Source: Trueperaceae bacterium (GTDB lineage: Bacteria; Deinococcota; Deinococci; Deinococcales; Trueperaceae). Taken from it: DNA of 64,000 nucleotides. The stretch lies in assembly GCA_965213705.1 (NCBI GenBank), contig OZ243913.1, positions 608,001-672,000 of the forward strand. Direction: 5' to 3'. A program made the position numbers and the translations under genes. Positions 9,642-19,886 of the stretch are shown piece by piece (the first letter of the stretch is position 1; the number at the start of each line of letters is the position of its first letter). The notes beneath the pieces are model-generated. The model was given only the letters and a program-made list of their open reading frames with translations, did not search any database and was not told the DNA's origin.

Positions 9642-11693
9642 GTGAACAGGCTCGCCCACGAGACGAGCCCCTACCTGCTACAGCACGCTGAGAACCCGGT
9701 GGACTGGTTTCCCTGGGGCGAGGCGGCTTTTCAAAAAGCCGAAGACGAGGACAAACCCGTCCTGCTCTCGGTCGGCTACTCGGCTTGTCACTGGTGCCAC
9801 GTGATGGCCCACGAGTCGTTCGAGGACGTGGGTACGGCCGAGTACATGAACGCGCACTTCGTCAACGTCAAGGTTGACCGCGAAGAGCGTCCGGACGTCG
9901 ACGCGGTCTACATGAACGCGGTGCAGGCCATGACCGGGCACGGCGGCTGGCCGATGACGGTGGTCATGACGCCGGACGGGCAGCCCTTTTTCGGCGGCAC
10001 TTACTTTCCCCTGAACGAGCGCTACGGGCAACCGTCGTTCATGCGGGTACTTGCAAGCCTCGCCGACGCTTGGCAAAACCGCCGCGCGGAAGTGTTGGAA
10101 AGCGCGCAGAGTGCCACGCAGTACCTGCGCGCCCTCGGCAACGTGTCGCCCACAGGCGAACTCGGCGCGGACGTTTTGCAAGAAGCCCTCACCACCTTGA
10201 TGGCCGCCTACGACCCACAAAACGGCGGTTTCGGCGGTGCCCCGAAGTTCCCGCCGCACAGCGTTTTGCGCTTTTTGTTGCAACGGGACGACGCGGAAAC
10301 CCTGTCCCGGCAGATGGCCGAAACGACGCTTGTCAAAATGGCGGGTGGTGGCCTGTACGACCACCTGGGCGGCGGTTTCGCCCGCTACAGCGTGGACGCG
10401 ACGTGGCTGGTGCCGCACTTTGAAAAAATGCTCTACGACAACGCCCAGCTCGTGCAGCGCTACGCCGAAGCCTACGCGCTGACGGGCAAAGCGCTTTTCA
10501 AGACCGTCGTTGAAGACACCCTCGCCTGGGTCGAGCGCGAGATGACGAGTCCGGAAAGCGGGTTTTACAGCGCCCTGGACGCCGACTCCGAAGGTGAAGA
10601 GGGCAAGTTTTACGTGTGGGACGAAGCCGAAGTCGACGCGCTGCTCGGTGAAACTTTGAGCGCCGAAGAGGTCGAAACAGTCAAAACTTACTTCGACGTG
10701 TCGACTACGGGCAATTTCGAGGGCAAAACGATTCTTAACCTGCCGCGCCCGCCTGCGGAGGTCGCGGCGGCCTTCGGTTTGAGCGCGGACGACCTCGAGG
10801 CCACAGTCGCCGCAGCTAAAAAGACCTTGTTCGAGGCTCGTTCGGCACGCGTCCACCCCGGCTTGGACGACAAGATTCTCACCTCCTGGAACGGACTCAT
10901 GCTCGCCGCCTACGCCGACGCAGGGAGAATGTTGGGTCGGCCGGACTACGTGGAGACGGCCGTCAAAAACGCCGAATTTGTCCGCGCCAACCTCTACGAG
11001 GACGGGCGCTTTTTGCACAGCTACAAAGACGGCGCGGCGAAGATTGGCGGGTTGCTCGAGGACTACGCCTACTACGGCCTGGGCTTGCTCGCCCTTTACC
11101 GCGCGACGCTCGACGCGCAGTGGCTGCGGTGGGCTGTGGAGATTGCCGAAACGGTTCTCGCTCACTTTCAAGACGATAAAAACGGCGGCTTTTTCAGCAC
11201 GCCCGACGACGGCGAAGTGCTCATCACCCGACCCAAAAACTACTTCGACTCGCCTAACCCGAGCGAGAACGCGGTGACGGCGGAGTTGCTGCTCGTGACA
11301 GCCCGCCTGACCGGCCGTGACGAATGGGAAACTTTAGCCGCCGACACGCTGAAACCTATGGCCGAGGCCATGCGCAAACACCCCAGCGGTTTCGGAACGA
11401 TGTTGTACGTGCTCGAGGGTTTGCTGACGCCGCCCCGCGAAATCGCGCTTTTCGGCCGTCTCGAAGAATCGGAGACCCAAGCTCTCGTCGACGAGGTGCA
11501 GCGTCACTTTTTGCCCCACACGGTTGTGGCACTCGCCGCGGACAAACATGACCCGCTCGTCGCCCTCGTCCCCTTTTTGCAAAACCGGGGCCGCGTGAAC
11601 GCTCGAGCCACCGCCTACGTTTGCGAAGGCGGCGCTTGCAAGCTGCCCGTGACGGAGGTCGGGGCCTTGCGGGAGCAGTTGAGGTCGCTGTAG
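9642..11693 (+). CDS. thioredoxin-domain/glycosidase-like protein (YyaL/SPATA20 family)
   Basis: [21 protein letters not shown], CHWCHVM and [11 protein letters not shown] motifs. Confidence 0.95.
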   Translation: MNRLAHETSPYLLQHAENPVDWFPWGEAAFQKAEDEDKPVLLSVGYSACHWCHVMAHESFEDVGTAEYMNAHFVNVKVDREERPDVDAVYMNAVQAMTGHGGWPMTVVMTPDGQPFFGGTYFPLNERYGQPSFMRVLASLADAWQNRRAEVLESAQSATQYLRALGNVSPTGELGADVLQEALTTLMAAYDPQNGGFGGAPKFPPHSVLRFLLQRDDAETLSRQMAETTLVKMAGGGLYDHLGGGFARYSVDATWLVPHFEKMLYDNAQLVQRYAEAYALTGKALFKTVVEDTLAWVEREMTSPESGFYSALDADSEGEEGKFYVWDEAEVDALLGETLSAEEVETVKTYFDVSTTGNFEGKTILNLPRPPAEVAAAFGLSADDLEATVAAAKKTLFEARSARVHPGLDDKILTSWNGLMLAAYADAGRMLGRPDYVETAVKNAEFVRANLYEDGRFLHSYKDGAAKIGGLLEDYAYYGLGLLALYRATLDAQWLRWAVEIAETVLAHFQDDKNGGFFSTPDDGEVLITRPKNYFDSPNPSENAVTAELLLVTARLTGRDEWETLAADTLKPMAEAMRKHPSGFGTMLYVLEGLLTPPREIALFGRLEESETQALVDEVQRHFLPHTVVALAADKHDPLVALVPFLQNRGRVNARATAYVCEGGACKLPVTEVGALREQLRSL

Positions 11694-11732
11694 CTCGAGT
11701 GGGGAAGAGCGAAGTTGAAATCTTTCAATTTA

Positions 11733-11750
11733 CACTCGGTCCTCGGTACT
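11733..11750 (+). repeat. heptamer-built intergenic repeat, copy 1
   Basis: CACTCGGTCCTCGGTACT, identical to 16026-16043 (-) and 50938-50955 (+). Confidence 0.8.
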
Positions 11751-11810
11751 TTTCACCCCCATGTCCGCCCCACCGCAAAAACTCCTGGCCCCCTGCGCTA
11801 TCCTCTCTTT

Positions 11811-12365
11811 GTGGCAAACTTAGAAACCGCAACGCTCGGCGCGGGCTGTTTTTGGTGCGTCGAAGCCGTTTTTCAAGACCTGAAGGGCGTTCACAGCGTC
11901 GTGTCCGGTTACACGGGCGGCGCGATGTTCAACCCGACTTACGAGCAAGTCTGCAGAGGCACAACCGGCCACGCCGAAGTCGCGCAAGTCCGTTTTGAGC
12001 CCGAAGTGGTTTCGTTCGAAGACCTGCTTTACGTGTTCTGGCGCACCCACGACCCGACCACGCTCAACCGGCAAGGCAACGACGTCGGCACGCAGTACCG
12101 CAGCGCGATTTTTTACCACGACGACGAGCAGCGCCGCCTGGCCGAACGCTCCAAAGCCGACACCGAAGCCTCGGGCTTGTGGCCCAACCCAATCGTCACT
12201 GAAATCGCGCCGCTGGAAGATTTTTACCAAGCTGAGGGCTACCACCAGGACTTTTACCGGCTGAACCCGAACCAGCCCTACTGCCGCTTCGTCGTCGCTC
12301 CAAAGGTGAAAAAGTTCCGCAGGGCGTTTGGGGACCAGTTGAAGGAGACGGCGCGCAAACCCTAA
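11811..12365 (+). CDS. msrA: peptide methionine sulfoxide reductase A
   Basis: GCFWC and HDPTTLNRQGNDVGTQYRS motifs; GTG 6 nt after TATCCT. Confidence 0.96.
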   Translation: MANLETATLGAGCFWCVEAVFQDLKGVHSVVSGYTGGAMFNPTYEQVCRGTTGHAEVAQVRFEPEVVSFEDLLYVFWRTHDPTTLNRQGNDVGTQYRSAIFYHDDEQRRLAERSKADTEASGLWPNPIVTEIAPLEDFYQAEGYHQDFYRLNPNQPYCRFVVAPKVKKFRRAFGDQLKETARKP

Positions 12366-12383
12366 CGCGTCGCCGGTTTTAAG

Positions 12384-12845
12384 TTACTGCCCCGGCACCG
12401 TCACGCTCAGTTCGGTGCTCGTTTGTTCACCGCTGGGCAAAGTAGCGACGGCGGTCAGCAGCCAGTCGCCCGCCATGGTGAACTCGAAAGCTTCGGCGCG
12501 GTAGAGGCCGGGCTCGGTCTCTGTAGCTTGGGCGGTGACCGGGGCCATGCCCGCGTGGGTCATGTCGCCCGTGACCTCGACCGTCGCCCCGTCGATGCCC
12601 TCGCCGTTTTCCAAAATGTAGACCACCACCGGCACCGCACCGACCGCGAGGTCGCCGTCGGTTTCTAAACGCATCAGCAAGCCGGAAGCGGGCGTCGGTG
12701 CGGTCGGTGTCGAGCCGGTCGGCGTGGGCGTCGGTGCAACTGGGGCCGCTACGGGTATGGGCGTAGGTTCCGGTGCCGCTTGGGGTTGGGGTCGGCAGGC
12801 GGAGAGGAGTAAGCTGAGGAGAAGCGCGTAAAGGATGCGAGTCAT
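12384..12845 (-). CDS. FixH/YtkA-like lipoprotein
   Basis: Lipobox LLSAC, Pro/Thr linker, GDMTHAGM and FTMAGDW motifs. Confidence 0.85.
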   Translation of the reverse strand: MTRILYALLLSLLLSACRPQPQAAPEPTPIPVAAPVAPTPTPTGSTPTAPTPASGLLMRLETDGDLAVGAVPVVVYILENGEGIDGATVEVTGDMTHAGMAPVTAQATETEPGLYRAEAFEFTMAGDWLLTAVATLPSGEQTSTELSVTVPGQ

Positions 12846-12886
12846 AGCCGCCAAGCTAGCACGCGGGGCCGGGTACGGATGTCCCT

Positions 12887-13444
12887 CTACAAAACGCTTT
12901 CGTGCAGAAGTTCGTGAACCGCGCCGGACGGTTTGAGCGTGCTCGAGTACAGCCCCACACTTTCCACGCGCCACGCGACCGGCGGATACTCCGGCGCGGT
13001 TGCAAGCGCCGCCGTCACCTCGGCCTGACGCCCGAAGCGTTTGACGCGGCCCAGGGTCAGGTGCGGCTTGAAGACGCGTTCGTCCTTGTACAAGCCCTCG
13101 AGCTGCCTCACGATTCCGCCGTGCAGCGTGCGCAACGCCTCGGTCTCGCCCCCGACCCCGGTCCAGAGCACGCTCGGGCGGTCACGGCTCGGGAACGCGC
13201 CCAGGGCGGCGGTGTGCAGCTCTACGGGTTCGGCCCGGCGGCAGGCGAAGTCTAACCCTTGCCGCACGACGCCCAGGTTCAGCGTCGGCACCTCGCCCAA
13301 AAACACGAGCGTGAGGTGTGTCGTCGCGGGGTCGGTCCAGCGCACCAGGTCGGCGGGAAGCTTTGCCCTGAGGTCGTCTTGCTGCCGTGCCAGCAGCGTT
13401 TTGACCCCGTCCGGCACGCTCGTAGCGATGAACAACCGGCTCAT
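12887..13444 (-). CDS. thpR: RNA 2',3'-cyclic phosphodiesterase (2H family)
   Basis: RLFIA and two HLTL motifs. Confidence 0.92.
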   Translation of the reverse strand: MSRLFIATSVPDGVKTLLARQQDDLRAKLPADLVRWTDPATTHLTLVFLGEVPTLNLGVVRQGLDFACRRAEPVELHTAALGAFPSRDRPSVLWTGVGGETEALRTLHGGIVRQLEGLYKDERVFKPHLTLGRVKRFGRQAEVTAALATAPEYPPVAWRVESVGLYSSTLKPSGAVHELLHESVL

Positions 13445-14202
13445 CTTTGGGCACTGACCGTCAGGCGTCCCTCGGCTTGCAGGTAACTCATAATGCCGCG
13501 TTTCAGCGCGAAGGCGGGGTTGACGGGGTTTTGCATAAACTTTAAATCGTCCGGGTTGCTGATGTACCCCAACTCCACGATGACCGCGGGCGTGTCGGGC
13601 GCGACCGCGTGGCGAAAGCGTTTGCTGTTGAAGGCGTAGTACTCGAGCATACTGCCTGAAACGTTCGCGTCGTCGTCGGGCAGGCCGGCGTAGTAAAAGT
13701 AAGCCTCGTCGAGGTGGGCTTTTAAGACGGGCTCAAGGTCGTTGCGCGGCTCGTAAAAGTAAGCGCTCTTGTAGCCGCGCCGCGCTTCGTCGGGACTCGC
13801 GTCGGCGTGAATCGACACCACCAGGTCGGCGCGGTAGCCCTCGGGCACGGTGGCCGGCAACAAGTCGACCTCAACACCGTCGAGTTCCAAACTTTCTTTG
13901 AGCTGCCGAGCGACGGCCAAGTTGATGTCGACCTCGTTGACGTCGCCCCAGCGGCCCCCGGTGTTGACGCGCAACTTGGCGAGTTCTTCGGGGTGGAGGC
14001 CGGCGTCCAAGTGCCCGACCTGTAGCCCGACGCGGACCGGACCGGGCGCGGGCCGCAACACGGCGGCCAAGGTTTCGCCGAGCCCGCCCGCCGCCCGCTG
14101 CCAACTGAGCCCGACGAACAGGATGGTAGCGACCACGAGGCCGACCAGCAGCAAGCGTCGCCGCCGTTTGGCGCTCTCAGACGTGTCGAACGACCGTTTC
14201 AC
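13441..14202 (-). CDS. N-acetylmuramoyl-L-alanine amidase (Amidase_3), membrane-anchored
   Basis: LQVGH, EVDIN, SIHAD and IVELGYISN motifs; N-terminal TM segment; GTG 7 nt after TAGGCT. Confidence 0.88.
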   Translation of the reverse strand: MKRSFDTSESAKRRRRLLLVGLVVATILFVGLSWQRAAGGLGETLAAVLRPAPGPVRVGLQVGHLDAGLHPEELAKLRVNTGGRWGDVNEVDINLAVARQLKESLELDGVEVDLLPATVPEGYRADLVVSIHADASPDEARRGYKSAYFYEPRNDLEPVLKAHLDEAYFYYAGLPDDDANVSGSMLEYYAFNSKRFRHAVAPDTPAVIVELGYISNPDDLKFMQNPVNPAFALKRGIMSYLQAEGRLTVSAQR

Positions 14203-14352
14203 ACCAGCCAGCCTACACGAAACTTTTAGGCGGGGTGCAAAAAGGCGCAACCTCGCCAAGCGTCTTCGGCCTGGTGAGAAAGCTGTAACGGCGGGCTCGA
14301 GCAACCGAGGCACGCCGGCTCGAGGGCTGCTCGAAATCTTCGGTCGAAAATC

Positions 14353-14507
14353 TTACGTCAGGAGTGCGGCCGGGTCGTGACCCAACCGGGCGACCGACGG
14401 GCTGGCGTAGGTGACGACGCCGCCCTGAACCACGAACACAAAACCCGGCAGGTGCTCGAGGGCGCGCTGCGTTGGAGCGAGGGGTTGGGCGGGGCCGAAT
14501 CGTTCAT
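14353..14507 (-). pseudogene. frameshifted PAS-domain fragment
   Basis: ATG at 14507 followed, in a shifted frame, by ALEHLPGFVFVVQGGVVTYASPSVARLGHDPAALLT*. Confidence 0.55.
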
Positions 14508-14686
14508 AAGGGGGTCTTTTTACCGAGCCTCAGCCTAGCACGGCAGGGTTTTGGGACTAAATGAAAATTTTCCGGTGCGCCGTCACGGCCCAGGCTTCAC
14601 ACAAGGCGAGTGTGCCGACACAGGTTTAAAGCGAGTACGAGCGAATTTGGCAGAGGTTTGGGGACTCGAGCGAACCGGCGAGGTAA

Positions 14687-15355
14687 CTACAAGTATTGCG
14701 GCAGCACCTCGGTCCACAACCCGAACACGCCGATGCCGAGCAGCAGCGCGCCCGAGACGCGGGTGAGGAGTTTGTAGTTTTGGGTCAGCCAGCCCGTCGC
14801 GCGGCGCTGCAAGGGCAGCGCGAACAGCGGCAACAGCACGAGCGGCCAACCGAAACCGAGGCCGAAAAAAAGAAAGTAGGCCAAGCCGTCCAGTAGGGAC
14901 GTGAGGCTGGTCGAGCCCAGCAGCACCCCGCTTAAGAAAAACGGCCCCGTGCAGGGCAGCGTCATCGGGCCGAGCGCCAGGCCGTACAGGTAGGCCGTCA
15001 GGTACGGGTTTTTCAACACCGGCGTTTGAAACCCCGCCAAGCGGTTGAACGGGTTGAAGCCCAGCAGCATGGCAAAGCCCAAGCCCACGACCGTGAGATA
15101 AATCAGCGGCACCAACCAGGGCAAGATGGAGCCGAACGAACTCTTCAAAACGAACAGCAGCGTCCCGACCGCGACCATCAAGGTCAGGACGCCCCCCAAA
15201 ACCAGCACGCCGAGCGAACCCGTCGCGCGCTGCGAGCGTTCGCTGCCGGCGCTGCCCGCCAAAAACGCGATGAGACCGGGGTATAGCGGCAGCAAACAGA
15301 CGTTCGTCAGAATCGAGCTGTTGCCCAACAAGAAGGCCTCGAGCAGTTGCCCCAC
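14687..15355 (-). CDS. ccdA: CcdA/DsbD-type transmembrane electron transporter
   Basis: VCLLPLYP and LPCTGP cysteines; about 6 TM segments. Confidence 0.85.
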   Translation of the reverse strand: MGQLLEAFLLGNSSILTNVCLLPLYPGLIAFLAGSAGSERSQRATGSLGVLVLGGVLTLMVAVGTLLFVLKSSFGSILPWLVPLIYLTVVGLGFAMLLGFNPFNRLAGFQTPVLKNPYLTAYLYGLALGPMTLPCTGPFFLSGVLLGSTSLTSLLDGLAYFLFFGLGFGWPLVLLPLFALPLQRRATGWLTQNYKLLTRVSGALLLGIGVFGLWTEVLPQYL

Positions 15356-15358
15356 GTC

Positions 15359-15874
15359 TTAGTCGGTCGGCGCGAGTTGGGCCAGGAGTTCTTCGGGCGT
15401 CTCGAAACCCGTGACCAGGTCGGTCGTCGTGCCGTCGGGCCGGATGATGAAGTGCGGGGTCGAGGGCGGGCTGGTGATGGGGCGGCCGAACTCGGCCACG
15501 AGCGCCTGAATAAGTTCCGGCGTCGCTACGGTAAAGGTGAAGTCGAAACCTTCTTTTTGAGCGTACTGCGCCAACGTTTCAACGGGCAGGTTCCCTTCCA
15601 CGCTCAAGGCCACGAAGACAACTCCGTCGTCGTCCTGAGCGTCCAGCTGGGCCTTGGCCTGGGCGACGTTGTTCAACTGCTTGCGGCAGTTGCTGCACCA
15701 CGTCGCCATCGGCTCGACGTAGACGGTTTTGCCCTCAAAACCGCCCAGCGTAAACGTTTCGCCGGTCGCTACGTCGGTGAGTTCCAAGCTTTGCCAAGCC
15801 GGGCGCTCACCCTGAGCAAGTGCGAGGCCGAGGGTCAAAAGGAGAACGAAGCCGAAAAGTTTCAGGTGGGTCAT
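15359..15874 (-). CDS. exported thioredoxin-like (TlpA/ResA) protein
   Basis: Signal peptide; ATWCSNC motif; immediately upstream of ccdA. Confidence 0.88.
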   Translation of the reverse strand: MTHLKLFGFVLLLTLGLALAQGERPAWQSLELTDVATGETFTLGGFEGKTVYVEPMATWCSNCRKQLNNVAQAKAQLDAQDDDGVVFVALSVEGNLPVETLAQYAQKEGFDFTFTVATPELIQALVAEFGRPITSPPSTPHFIIRPDGTTTDLVTGFETPEELLAQLAPTD

Positions 15875-16020
15875 GGTTGGGTTCCTTTCTGAACTGAGGT
15901 ATTCAGGTCTCGAGTATGGCGCCAAACCTTCACAGGCGTGTCACGCGGAGGTCGCACCTTTGCGGTGTAAATGACAGTGTAAGTGAGGCTCGAGCGCGCT
16001 CGCATCAACTGTTTTACACG

Positions 16021-16059
16021 CAAAAAGTACCGAGGACCGAGTGAAAAGTCAAAAGTAAA
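16021..16059 (-). repeat. heptamer-built intergenic repeat, copy 2
   Basis: Reverse complement is TTTACTTTTGACTTTTCACTCGGTCCTCGGTACTTTT, nearly identical to 50922-50960. Confidence 0.8.
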
Positions 16060-16201
16060 GGCTTCTTCCCTCTGTTGTGAAGGCTCAACCTGCGGCTCGA
16101 GCCGCCCCCGAGTAAGCCGCCCTGCGCCGTGCAAGCTCGTCTTGTCGTAAGGTTGCGCTTGTGCAACGAGGCTCAGCATAACCCCGCCCCCCACCCCGCC
16201 C

Positions 16202-17443
16202 GTGCAGCGTAGCCGCGTGGTCGAACGCTCGCCCGTCTACTACGGCTGGATTATCCTGTTCGCCGGAACCCTTGGCCTGGCGCTGACGACGCCGGGCCAA
16301 ACGGTCGGCGTGTCGGTGTTTTTGGACAAAATCATCGCCGACCTCGGATTATCGCGCGGCCAAGTGTCCCTGATGTACACGCTCGGCACGCTCGCCGCCT
16401 CGTTCGCGCTGCCCTTCGTGGGGCGCTTTATCGACCGGCGCGGGCCGCGGCTGGCGGTGGCAATCATCGCGGCGCTGTTCGCGCTCGCTTGTGTGTGGAT
16501 GGGTTTTGTAAGCAACCTGGTGACGTTGTTCTTCGGGTTTTTGCTCATCCGGGGCTTGGGCCAGGGCTCGCTCAGTCTGGTGAGTTTGTACGTCGTCAAC
16601 GTTTGGTTCGTGCGGCGGCGCGGGCTGGCGGTCGGGATGACCGGCCTCGGCTTCGCGGTGGCGACGGCGTTTTTTCCGCTGCTTATCGAGGCGCTCATCG
16701 CGCAGTTCGGCTGGCGCACGGCCTACATGTTGCTCGGCGGGATGGTCGCCGTGACGATTTTGCCGCTCGGCGCGCTGCTGTTCCGCGGCCACCCGGAGCG
16801 CTTCGGTTTGCGGCCCGACAGCGGCCGGGTCACGGTGGCAGACACCCTCACCGAAACCAACCTGTCCCTCGCCGAGGCGCGGCGCACGGCGACGTTTTGG
16901 TTGTTCGTGGCGGGGGGCGTGTGCGTGGCGGCGCTCTCGACCGGGCTCGTTTTTCACCACTACTCGATTATGGCGGAGGGCGGTTTGGACCGCCTAGCCG
17001 CGGCGACGGTGTTTTTGGCCTTGGGATTCATCGTCGCGGGCGCGAACCTGACGACCGGGGTGCTCGTCGACCGGGTGCCGCCGCGTTTTTTACTGAGCGT
17101 GGCGATGGGCGGCATGACGGCGGCGCTCCTCATGGCGACGCACGTTTCGGGGCGGCCCACCCTGTTGCTGTACGGCGCGCTGCTCGGGCTCACCCAGGGC
17201 ATGAACGGGGCGCTGAGCGCGAGCGTGTTCGCTTACTACTTCGGACGCAAGCACATCGGCAGCATCAAGGGTTTTGTGACGACCATGACGGTTGCGGGCA
17301 CGGCCTTTGGGCCGTTTTTGTTCGCGCTCGGTTTCGAGCGGGCGGGCGGTTACGCGCCCGTGCTGCTCCTGTCGGCGGCGGTGCCGGTGGTTATCGGCGT
17401 CGGGGCGCTGTTTTTGCGGCCGAGAATGGCGGGCTCGAGCTAG
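16202..17443 (+). CDS. MFS transporter
   Basis: YYGW start, GRFIDRRGPR motif A, about 12 TM segments. Confidence 0.93.
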   Translation: MQRSRVVERSPVYYGWIILFAGTLGLALTTPGQTVGVSVFLDKIIADLGLSRGQVSLMYTLGTLAASFALPFVGRFIDRRGPRLAVAIIAALFALACVWMGFVSNLVTLFFGFLLIRGLGQGSLSLVSLYVVNVWFVRRRGLAVGMTGLGFAVATAFFPLLIEALIAQFGWRTAYMLLGGMVAVTILPLGALLFRGHPERFGLRPDSGRVTVADTLTETNLSLAEARRTATFWLFVAGGVCVAALSTGLVFHHYSIMAEGGLDRLAAATVFLALGFIVAGANLTTGVLVDRVPPRFLLSVAMGGMTAALLMATHVSGRPTLLLYGALLGLTQGMNGALSASVFAYYFGRKHIGSIKGFVTTMTVAGTAFGPFLFALGFERAGGYAPVLLLSAAVPVVIGVGALFLRPRMAGSS

Positions 17444-17553
17444 GCGTTTTCTTTTGTCTCGAGGCTTCCGCTCCACTTTTCAGTTTGGTGTGACACGTGC
17501 TCGCTCTCGCTCGGTCGGGTCAGACTTGACAACGCTCAGAATTTGCAAGATGC

Positions 17554-17952
17554 TCAGGCCTCAGCTTCTGCGGACCGGACGTAAACTAGCAGCGACGCGC
17601 GCACCTCGTCCGGCAGCGGCTTTGGGCGCTGCGCTTTGTAATCGAAATGCACCACGACCGACCTTATCTCGGCCGCCGTTTCGCCCGCGGCGTAAACCTC
17701 CTGGTAAAGCGTGACGCTGCTGGTCCCGACCTTGTCGACCCAGGTGGCGACGCTCACCTCGTCCTGAAAGCGAACCTGTTTGCGGAAGTCGATAGCCAAG
17801 TGCGCCAGGATGAGCGAACTCACTTCGGTTTGGGTCGCGCGCAAAAACTCGAGCCGCGCCAGTTCTGCATAAACGGCGTAGGCGGTGTTGTTGAGGTGGC
17901 CGAGGGCGTCGGTGTCGACAAAGCGGACCTGAACGGGCGTGTGGTGGGTCAT
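17554..17952 (-). CDS. acyl-CoA thioesterase (4HBT/YbgC family)
   Basis: VRFxDTDALGHLNN motif. Confidence 0.92.
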   Translation of the reverse strand: MTHHTPVQVRFVDTDALGHLNNTAYAVYAELARLEFLRATQTEVSSLILAHLAIDFRKQVRFQDEVSVATWVDKVGTSSVTLYQEVYAAGETAAEIRSVVVHFDYKAQRPKPLPDEVRASLLVYVRSAEAEA

Positions 17953-17968
17953 CGGGTCAGGGTAGCAC

Positions 17969-18154
17969 TCAGGTCTCGTCTATACCGAGCAGTCCCGCCA
18001 ACTTTTGCACTTCTTCCGCGTAGTTCGAGGGAAGTGCCGCCAGGACGGCCTGGACAACCCACTCGCCCTCGCTCGCCCCGGCGGCGCGGGCGGCGGTTCG
18101 GACCCGCTCGAGCACGTCGGGCGGAAACTCGATGGTGAGCGGCGTCGGTTTCAT
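17969..18154 (-). CDS. small ribbon-helix-helix-like protein
   Basis: LTIEFPPDVLERVRTAA...SEGEWVVQAV pattern; TAAACT 6 nt before ATG. Confidence 0.6.
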   Translation of the reverse strand: MKPTPLTIEFPPDVLERVRTAARAAGASEGEWVVQAVLAALPSNYAEEVQKLAGLLGIDET

Positions 18155-18241
18155 CCCCGGAGTTTACCCGACATCTTCTTAGATGAACTCAATCTTAAAA
18201 TTTGTAACGTTTTTGTAAGACGCGGTGGTTTAAGATGAAAC

Positions 18242-18577
18242 ATGGACGAGGTCGAACTTTTGTTAGAGGTCAGCGACCGGCACAGCGACCACCTGGTCTA
18301 CGCGGGCGAGTACCGTCTGCTCGGCGCTGCCAAATCCGCCCTGAAAAACATCTTCGACGACTGGCGTCAGCGCGTCTACCGTTTTGAAAACGACTTAGGC
18401 GCGTCAGTGGTGTTTTATCAACCCCTCAGCAAACCCCACATGACCTGGGACCTGGTCGCAGCCAGGTTCGTCGGCGACGACCCCTTCGACTTTCGCTACG
18501 CCGACGGGGTGAGTAGCAACTTGCGCTGGCTGGAAGTGCAGCAGTTTTTAGACCGCATCAAGACCGGGCGGCTTTAG
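18242..18577 (+). CDS. hypothetical protein
   Basis: 111-aa ORF; TAAGAT 5 nt before ATG. Confidence 0.7.
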   Translation: MDEVELLLEVSDRHSDHLVYAGEYRLLGAAKSALKNIFDDWRQRVYRFENDLGASVVFYQPLSKPHMTWDLVAARFVGDDPFDFRYADGVSSNLRWLEVQQFLDRIKTGRL

Positions 18578-19026
18578 CGGTACAGGTTTAGAAGTGCTCG
18601 GTCGATGGGGTCAAGCTCGAGCCCCTCACCCGGCCACAGGGCGACGGCCTCAATCTCGTCGTTGGGCGTGAAAGGGATAAGCTCGAGCACTTCACAGCCG
18701 AATATCGCCCCCACGATAATGTGATTTTTAGCAGGCTCCTCGACACGAATCCTTCCGAGGAAGCGCACGTTCTCCGCCGTCTGCCCAGACTCTTCAAAAA
18801 ACTCACGGACAGCTGCCACGCGGGGCGCTTCACCGGGCTCGACAAGCCCGCCGGGAATCTCCCAGCACTTCCGCCAAGCGTTGTAAACGAGCAGAAACTT
18901 GTCCTCGTGTTTGGCAATCATCAGCGCCAGAAAAACAGAGTCGAGGTGTGCTTCTTTAACGTGAGTGAACTCGAGCAAGCGGTTGCCCTTGTTGTTGACG
19001 ACAGGAAAAGCAAGCTCAGACGGCAC
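18574..19026 (-). CDS. NUDIX hydrolase
   Basis: Nudix box GGLVEPGEAPRVAAVREFFEESG; start uncertain. Confidence 0.88.
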   Translation of the reverse strand: MPSELAFPVVNNKGNRLLEFTHVKEAHLDSVFLALMIAKHEDKFLLVYNAWRKCWEIPGGLVEPGEAPRVAAVREFFEESGQTAENVRFLGRIRVEEPAKNHIIVGAIFGCEVLELIPFTPNDEIEAVALWPGEGLELDPIDRALLNLYR

Positions 19027-19300
19027 GCTTGAACGGGTAAATCTCGAAACTTTGCCACACGCCGCCCGTGGTATAGAGGTCGTTTTCAACAAAGGCTCGA
19101 GCCTCTTCTTCGCTGGCGGCGTCCAAGAGCATCACCGAGCCCGTCATGTCGCCCTTGCCGTTGAGAAGCGCGCCGCCGAGTTGCACGAAGCCACTCTCGA
19201 TGGCGGGTTTGATGGCTTCCAGGTGCGCGTCGCGTACTTTGTGACGGCGTTCCAAAGCGCCTTCGTCGGTTCCGTCTTTGGCGATGACGATGTAGAGCAC
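19016..19300 (-). CDS. YciI family protein
   Basis: RxxVRDAHL, GGAL, GSVM and ENDLY motifs. Confidence 0.9.
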   Translation of the reverse strand: MLYIVIAKDGTDEGALERRHKVRDAHLEAIKPAIESGFVQLGGALLNGKGDMTGSVMLLDAASEEEARAFVENDLYTTGGVWQSFEIYPFKRAV

Positions 19301-19607
19301 ACTAATCTCCTTCTCTGATTTCTTTACCCGTCTTTCCAGATTTGAACAACCTTATAACTCGTTGGGCTTCTTTTTTATTGGTAACAATTCCATCTTTATG
19401 CAGTTGATATAGCTGGTTAATGGACACATCATATAGTGTGTCGAGAGGTATTTCCCATTTATCTACATATAAACTGATAACTTTTCTAAATTTCGATACA
19501 TATGTCTTGTTAATAAAGGATTCGGTGATTCCGTACTCATTTCTGTATCTTTCTATTTCGTCGACAAGATTTTGGTAGTGGTTTAGCAAAGACTGATAAG
19601 CTAAGGA

Positions 19608-19886
19608 ATGGTCACCAAAGTTGTACGTTGCTGCCACTGCGAGAGCGAAGAGCTTGTCAAGAACGGTCATGCACCAAACGGCAAGCAAAAGTACCTGTGT
19701 CGAGCGTGCGGCAAGTCCAGTCGCGAGAACGCGAGCACTAAAGGGTACAGCGAAGCGAAGAAAGATGAGATACTGAAGTCGTATCAGGAGCGCTCTAGTA
19801 TGCGTGGGCTGACCAGAACATTCGGCGTGTCCCGCACCACAATAGCGAAATGGCTCAAAAAAAGCCGCGACGACACCGCCGCTTAG
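19608..19886 (+). CDS. insA: IS1 InsA (Zn ribbon plus HTH)
   Basis: CxxC...KNG...QKYLCxxC; HTH SMRGLTRTFGVSRTTIAKW. Confidence 0.92.
   Translation: MVTKVVRCCHCESEELVKNGHAPNGKQKYLCRACGKSSRENASTKGYSEAKKDEILKSYQERSSMRGLTRTFGVSRTTIAKWLKKSRDDTAA

Noticed and set aside
9678..11171. Long antisense or alternate-frame ORFs (e.g. 9678-11171, 21764-22969, 35148-36353, 36785-37936, 56625-57791)
   Set aside because: They are shadows of well-recognised genes, expected in GC-rich DNA, and show no motifs.
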